Shown here piece by piece: positions 26,416 through 29,216 of a DNA stretch of 29,216 nt. The position numbers were made by a program, and so were the translations under genes. The notes below the pieces were generated by a model. That model was given only the letters and a program-made list of their open reading frames with translations. It was not told the DNA's origin and made no database searches. The stretch's first letter is position 1; every line of letters begins with the position of its first letter. Source of the DNA: a virus (taxonomy: Duplodnaviria; Caudoviricetes); IMG/VR virus record IMGVR_UViG_3300025626_000097, positions 1-29,216 of that record. One strand, given 5' to 3'.

Positions 26416-28168
26416 TCGTTTGTGCCGGATTTTGTGCCGGGGCTGCACCACCAAGTTCATCCTCAGTGTTAGTTAATGGAGGCTCACCAGTGCCACCATC
26501 GATGGCACCTTCGTCTCCGCCAAGTTCGTCTTCGAGTCCGCCAAAGTCGCCTGCTAAGTCAGCACCGCTCATTCCAGCACCTCTCATTTCGCCTGCCATA
26601 TCATCTGTATCTAACTCTTTTAGATTTTCATCGTTTTCTTCACGCCATAGACGTTCGTTTTCTGCAACTTCTTCTTTGCTTAGACCAAGGAAACGCTCCA
26701 TAGCAAATCTATTTGAAATATAAGGCACGCCAGCCATTGAAGTAAATGTACTAATTCTATTATTATCAAGTTCTGCTTGTCTGTATGCTGCAAAGTTCTG
26801 TGGCGGTGTTAGTCGTAAGTCAAACATTGCATAATCAATGTTTGCACCTTTGCTTTGTAAGAACAGTTTAAACTCGTTGTTAAAGTCTTCAGCAACCATA
26901 TCTTGCAAACGTTCGCAATATTTGTTAAATCTTAACTCTTGAATGTATGCTGTGCCCACACGTCCATCATTGTATTGTGAAGCGCCGTCATCTGCTCCAG
27001 TTGGTAAGTACGAACTCGGGATACGCAATCCGCGTACCAGCTTATTAGTAAAGTATCTAAGGTCATCAATCTCGCCTAAGTTAGTTCCGCCTGGCAGTGT
27101 TTCAACTTTTGAGCCGCGTCCTTCAGCAGTTTGTGGGAAAAAGTAATCTTCGTTGATTGACAATGGATTATAACTACTGTCTATAACATTTGTACCTCCA
27201 CCTGTCTTACTTGGGATACGTCTTTGATGTATTTCAGTTTTAACACGTTCAACAAATTGCATTGCAAGGTGCGAAGGCATGTTGCCCACATCAACGTAGA
27301 ATACTCTGCGCTCTGGCGCACGTTGTACTCGATAGATAATAATAGCATCTTCGAGTAATTCTTTTTGTTTGTAAACTTTAAAGATTGATTCTAATAAACT
27401 GTTACCAAACGGATAGTTTTGATCAAGACCTTCACTCAAACTCAAATGTAATACGTGTTGTGCATCTACATATGTTTCGCCAATTTCATCTCCACTAAAG
27501 CGACTGGTGTTTCCACTCGGTGTATGATTGTTGCCTACGCCAGTTCCTCTTTGAACTTGCTGATAACCATTTGTTCCACCTGGGCCATAACTGTTAGTAG
27601 TGTTCAACGGAGTTGCTTCTAATGCACCAAATGCAAAGTTTAGATTTTTTACAACATACTGCTCAGGCTTTTTACCATCGCTTTCGTTTACAATAATTTT
27701 TGTAACTTGACCGGGGTCAACGTGGAATAACTTTTGTGTTTCAGGATCTCTAATAAAAAACTGGTCGCCATATTTAAATGTATTACGAATAGTTCTAAAC
27801 ATACGTGTTTCAAACTTGTTTAGTTTACACCACTGCTGTAAATATTGTCCAATAACTTGTACTTCACTGTTTGTAGGTGCGCCTTTGAAATCGAGTTGAA
27901 AGTGTGTTTTATTGTCGCTGTTCTTTTGTGTGCAAAACTCAGCAAGAATATCAAGTGCAGCATTAACTTCACTGTCGCTGTCCATAGTATTGTATTGATT
28001 GTAACGTTCAATACGGTTTGGTGACCCAACATAAACATCAGGTAAGTGAGATGAATAGTTTGCTGCCGCTGGACCTATTCCATTTGATCCTTTTAGACTA
28101 AACGGACTATAACTTCCGCTTGCATTATCACCTGTAGGAACTGGAGTAAAATGTTTTTTCCAACTCAT
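26411..28168 (-). CDS. gp20: Portal vertex protein, T4 gp20-like (585 aa)
   Basis: Motifs LLEDAIIIYRVQRAPERRVFYVDVGNMP, EDYFFPQTAEGRGSKVETLPGG and NLGEIDDLRYF..KL.RGLRIPSSYL, with an acidic Gly-rich C-terminal tail. Confidence 0.97.
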   Translation of the reverse strand: MSWKKHFTPVPTGDNASGSYSPFSLKGSNGIGPAAANYSSHLPDVYVGSPNRIERYNQYNTMDSDSEVNAALDILAEFCTQKNSDNKTHFQLDFKGAPTNSEVQVIGQYLQQWCKLNKFETRMFRTIRNTFKYGDQFFIRDPETQKLFHVDPGQVTKIIVNESDGKKPEQYVVKNLNFAFGALEATPLNTTNSYGPGGTNGYQQVQRGTGVGNNHTPSGNTSRFSGDEIGETYVDAQHVLHLSLSEGLDQNYPFGNSLLESIFKVYKQKELLEDAIIIYRVQRAPERRVFYVDVGNMPSHLAMQFVERVKTEIHQRRIPSKTGGGTNVIDSSYNPLSINEDYFFPQTAEGRGSKVETLPGGTNLGEIDDLRYFTNKLVRGLRIPSSYLPTGADDGASQYNDGRVGTAYIQELRFNKYCERLQDMVAEDFNNEFKLFLQSKGANIDYAMFDLRLTPPQNFAAYRQAELDNNRISTFTSMAGVPYISNRFAMERFLGLSKEEVAENERLWREENDENLKELDTDDMAGEMRGAGMSGADLAGDFGGLEDELGGDEGAIDGGTGEPPLTNTEDELGGAAPAQNPAQTI

Positions 28169-28172
28169 CCTA

Positions 28173-29216
28173 TTATATACCTTTCAACATATTGCCCTGT
28201 AGACTTTTTGTAGCTCTTAACGATTTTGTTTGTGTATTAACAGAATTAGATTCAATTGCTACAAGCATTTGTAGCTGTTGTATCATAGTATCAAACTTAC
28301 TTGTCATCAATTTATCTATCTTATCACCAACGTTACTATTACTTATCGTATTCTGACTATTTGTGCTGTTTTCTTGAACACTTGAATCAAGGTTTTTAAT
28401 ACCCTTCATAAGATTTTGCATAACACCCATACTGGTGTTAGCACTCATAACATTTGCTGGTCCACTAATAAACTCAGGACCAGCTTCACCTACCATGGCA
28501 TATTCGTTTGAGCCAATTGACCCGCCTTTGGCTCTGCCGCCTGAAAATAGTTTTCCTCCGTGTCCACTTCTTACACTAGCTGCGACTGCCCTTGCTTGTG
28601 CATCAGCTGATTCTGCTGCTACTTGTGCAGCTTCAGCTGCTGCTCGTGCAGCTCGAACTGGTGGATCTAAATTACTAAGTCCTTGACTAACTAATTCCGC
28701 TAGGCTTGTTTGCGCAGCTACTAATTCTGCATTTGCAGCAGTTAGGGCAGCTTGTGCTTTGGATACATGCTCGTTAACTTCTTGTGTTGTAGCCTCTGTT
28801 GTCTCTGTTTGACCCATACCTAAATCGGTACCCATTTGTTCGTTAGCAACACGTTGTTCGGTTTGGGCGTTCCGCATCTGCTCTGCAAGCTCAGCGGCTC
28901 GTTGCCCGTAAACTTCTTGTCGGTCCATGCTTTCGGCTACATTAAACAAATTGTTAATTCCGCCAGCTAATCCATCAGCAAGTTGCTGCGACGATGGCAT
29001 TACTTCTGATATCTTTTCTAATGCAAAAACTGCTGCATCTTCGATACGAGGAATAGTGGTTTCCATAACAGTTGTGGTTATATCGCGTAAATTTTCTTGT
29101 ATGTCTATAGTTGCATCAAAAATACCTGTGGTAGTTTCCATTTGCTTTGCTTGTTCTTCGGCAATCTGTGTTCTGATTGCCCGTTCTGCTTCAGCACCTG
29201 TTAATTCACCGTCACC
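28173..29216 (-). CDS. C-terminal part of a tape-measure/baseplate-hub-like protein, 5' end outside the window
   Basis: The frame stays open upstream of the track's ATG at 29141 to the window edge (GDGELTGAEAERAIRTQIAEEQAKQM). It has an Ala/Gln-rich coiled coil and the motif RAKGGSI...MVGEAGPEFI typical of tape-measure C-terminal regions. Confidence 0.7.
   Translation of the reverse strand, partial: GDGELTGAEAERAIRTQIAEEQAKQMETTTGIFDATIDIQENLRDITTTVMETTIPRIEDAAVFALEKISEVMPSSQQLADGLAGGINNLFNVAESMDRQEVYGQRAAELAEQMRNAQTEQRVANEQMGTDLGMGQTETTEATTQEVNEHVSKAQAALTAANAELVAAQTSLAELVSQGLSNLDPPVRAARAAAEAAQVAAESADAQARAVAASVRSGHGGKLFSGGRAKGGSIGSNEYAMVGEAGPEFISGPANVMSANTSMGVMQNLMKGIKNLDSSVQENSTNSQNTISNSNVGDKIDKLMTSKFDTMIQQLQMLVAIESNSVNTQTKSLRATKSLQGNMLKGI

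Noticed and set aside
20742-26460. ORF-track starts at 21191, 21488, 25485 and 26460
   Set aside because: Downstream ATGs at 21143, 21458, 25464 and 26403 have better Shine-Dalgarno or promoter context and avoid overlapping leaders, terminators or the portal gene.
343-28686. Numerous plus-strand ORFs (343..1716, 1810..2346, 10299..10928, 24611..25354, 24699..25514 and others)
   Set aside because: They lie antisense to well-supported minus-strand genes, have Val/Pro/Ser/Leu-skewed mirror compositions and no evident ribosome-binding sites, so they are codon-bias shadows.
1-29216. Calling this a cyanophage because of the phycobiliprotein-like repeats
   Set aside because: The window has no photosynthesis or bilin-synthesis genes, and the compact capsid protein does not by itself indicate a cyanobacterial host, so the host is left unassigned.

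Overview
A 29.2 kb, AT-rich segment of a large T4-like (gp20/gp21/gp22/gp23-type) tailed phage, with every credible gene on the minus strand. In transcription order (right to left): the 3' part of a tape-measure/baseplate-hub-like gene (cut by the window edge), portal, a small head protein, a Maf/DUF115/sialyltransferase-fold enzyme, a very acidic scaffold-like protein, prohead protease, prohead core scaffold, major capsid protein, a divergent cold-shock-domain protein, three small or medium beta-rich virion proteins, and two tandem paralogous giant fibre/appendage proteins. The first giant is 3133 aa. The second is over 3254 aa (9764 to the left edge) and is missing from the supplied ORF track, apparently because it has no stop inside the window. 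The main observation is that both giants carry tandem ~140-165 aa alpha-helical units (12 + 3) that align in register with the bilin-attachment helix of phycobiliproteins (K-C-x-R-D-x-G-Y...Y...GG), and 13 of the 15 keep the Cys. This suggests phycobiliprotein-like (globin-fold) arrays displayed on the virion, which is my inference and needs structural and biochemical tests. T4-type late promoters (nATAAATA), intrinsic terminators, a probably leaderless late transcript and two structured 5' leaders are also visible. I found no tRNA, CRISPR array, intron, intein or mobile element.
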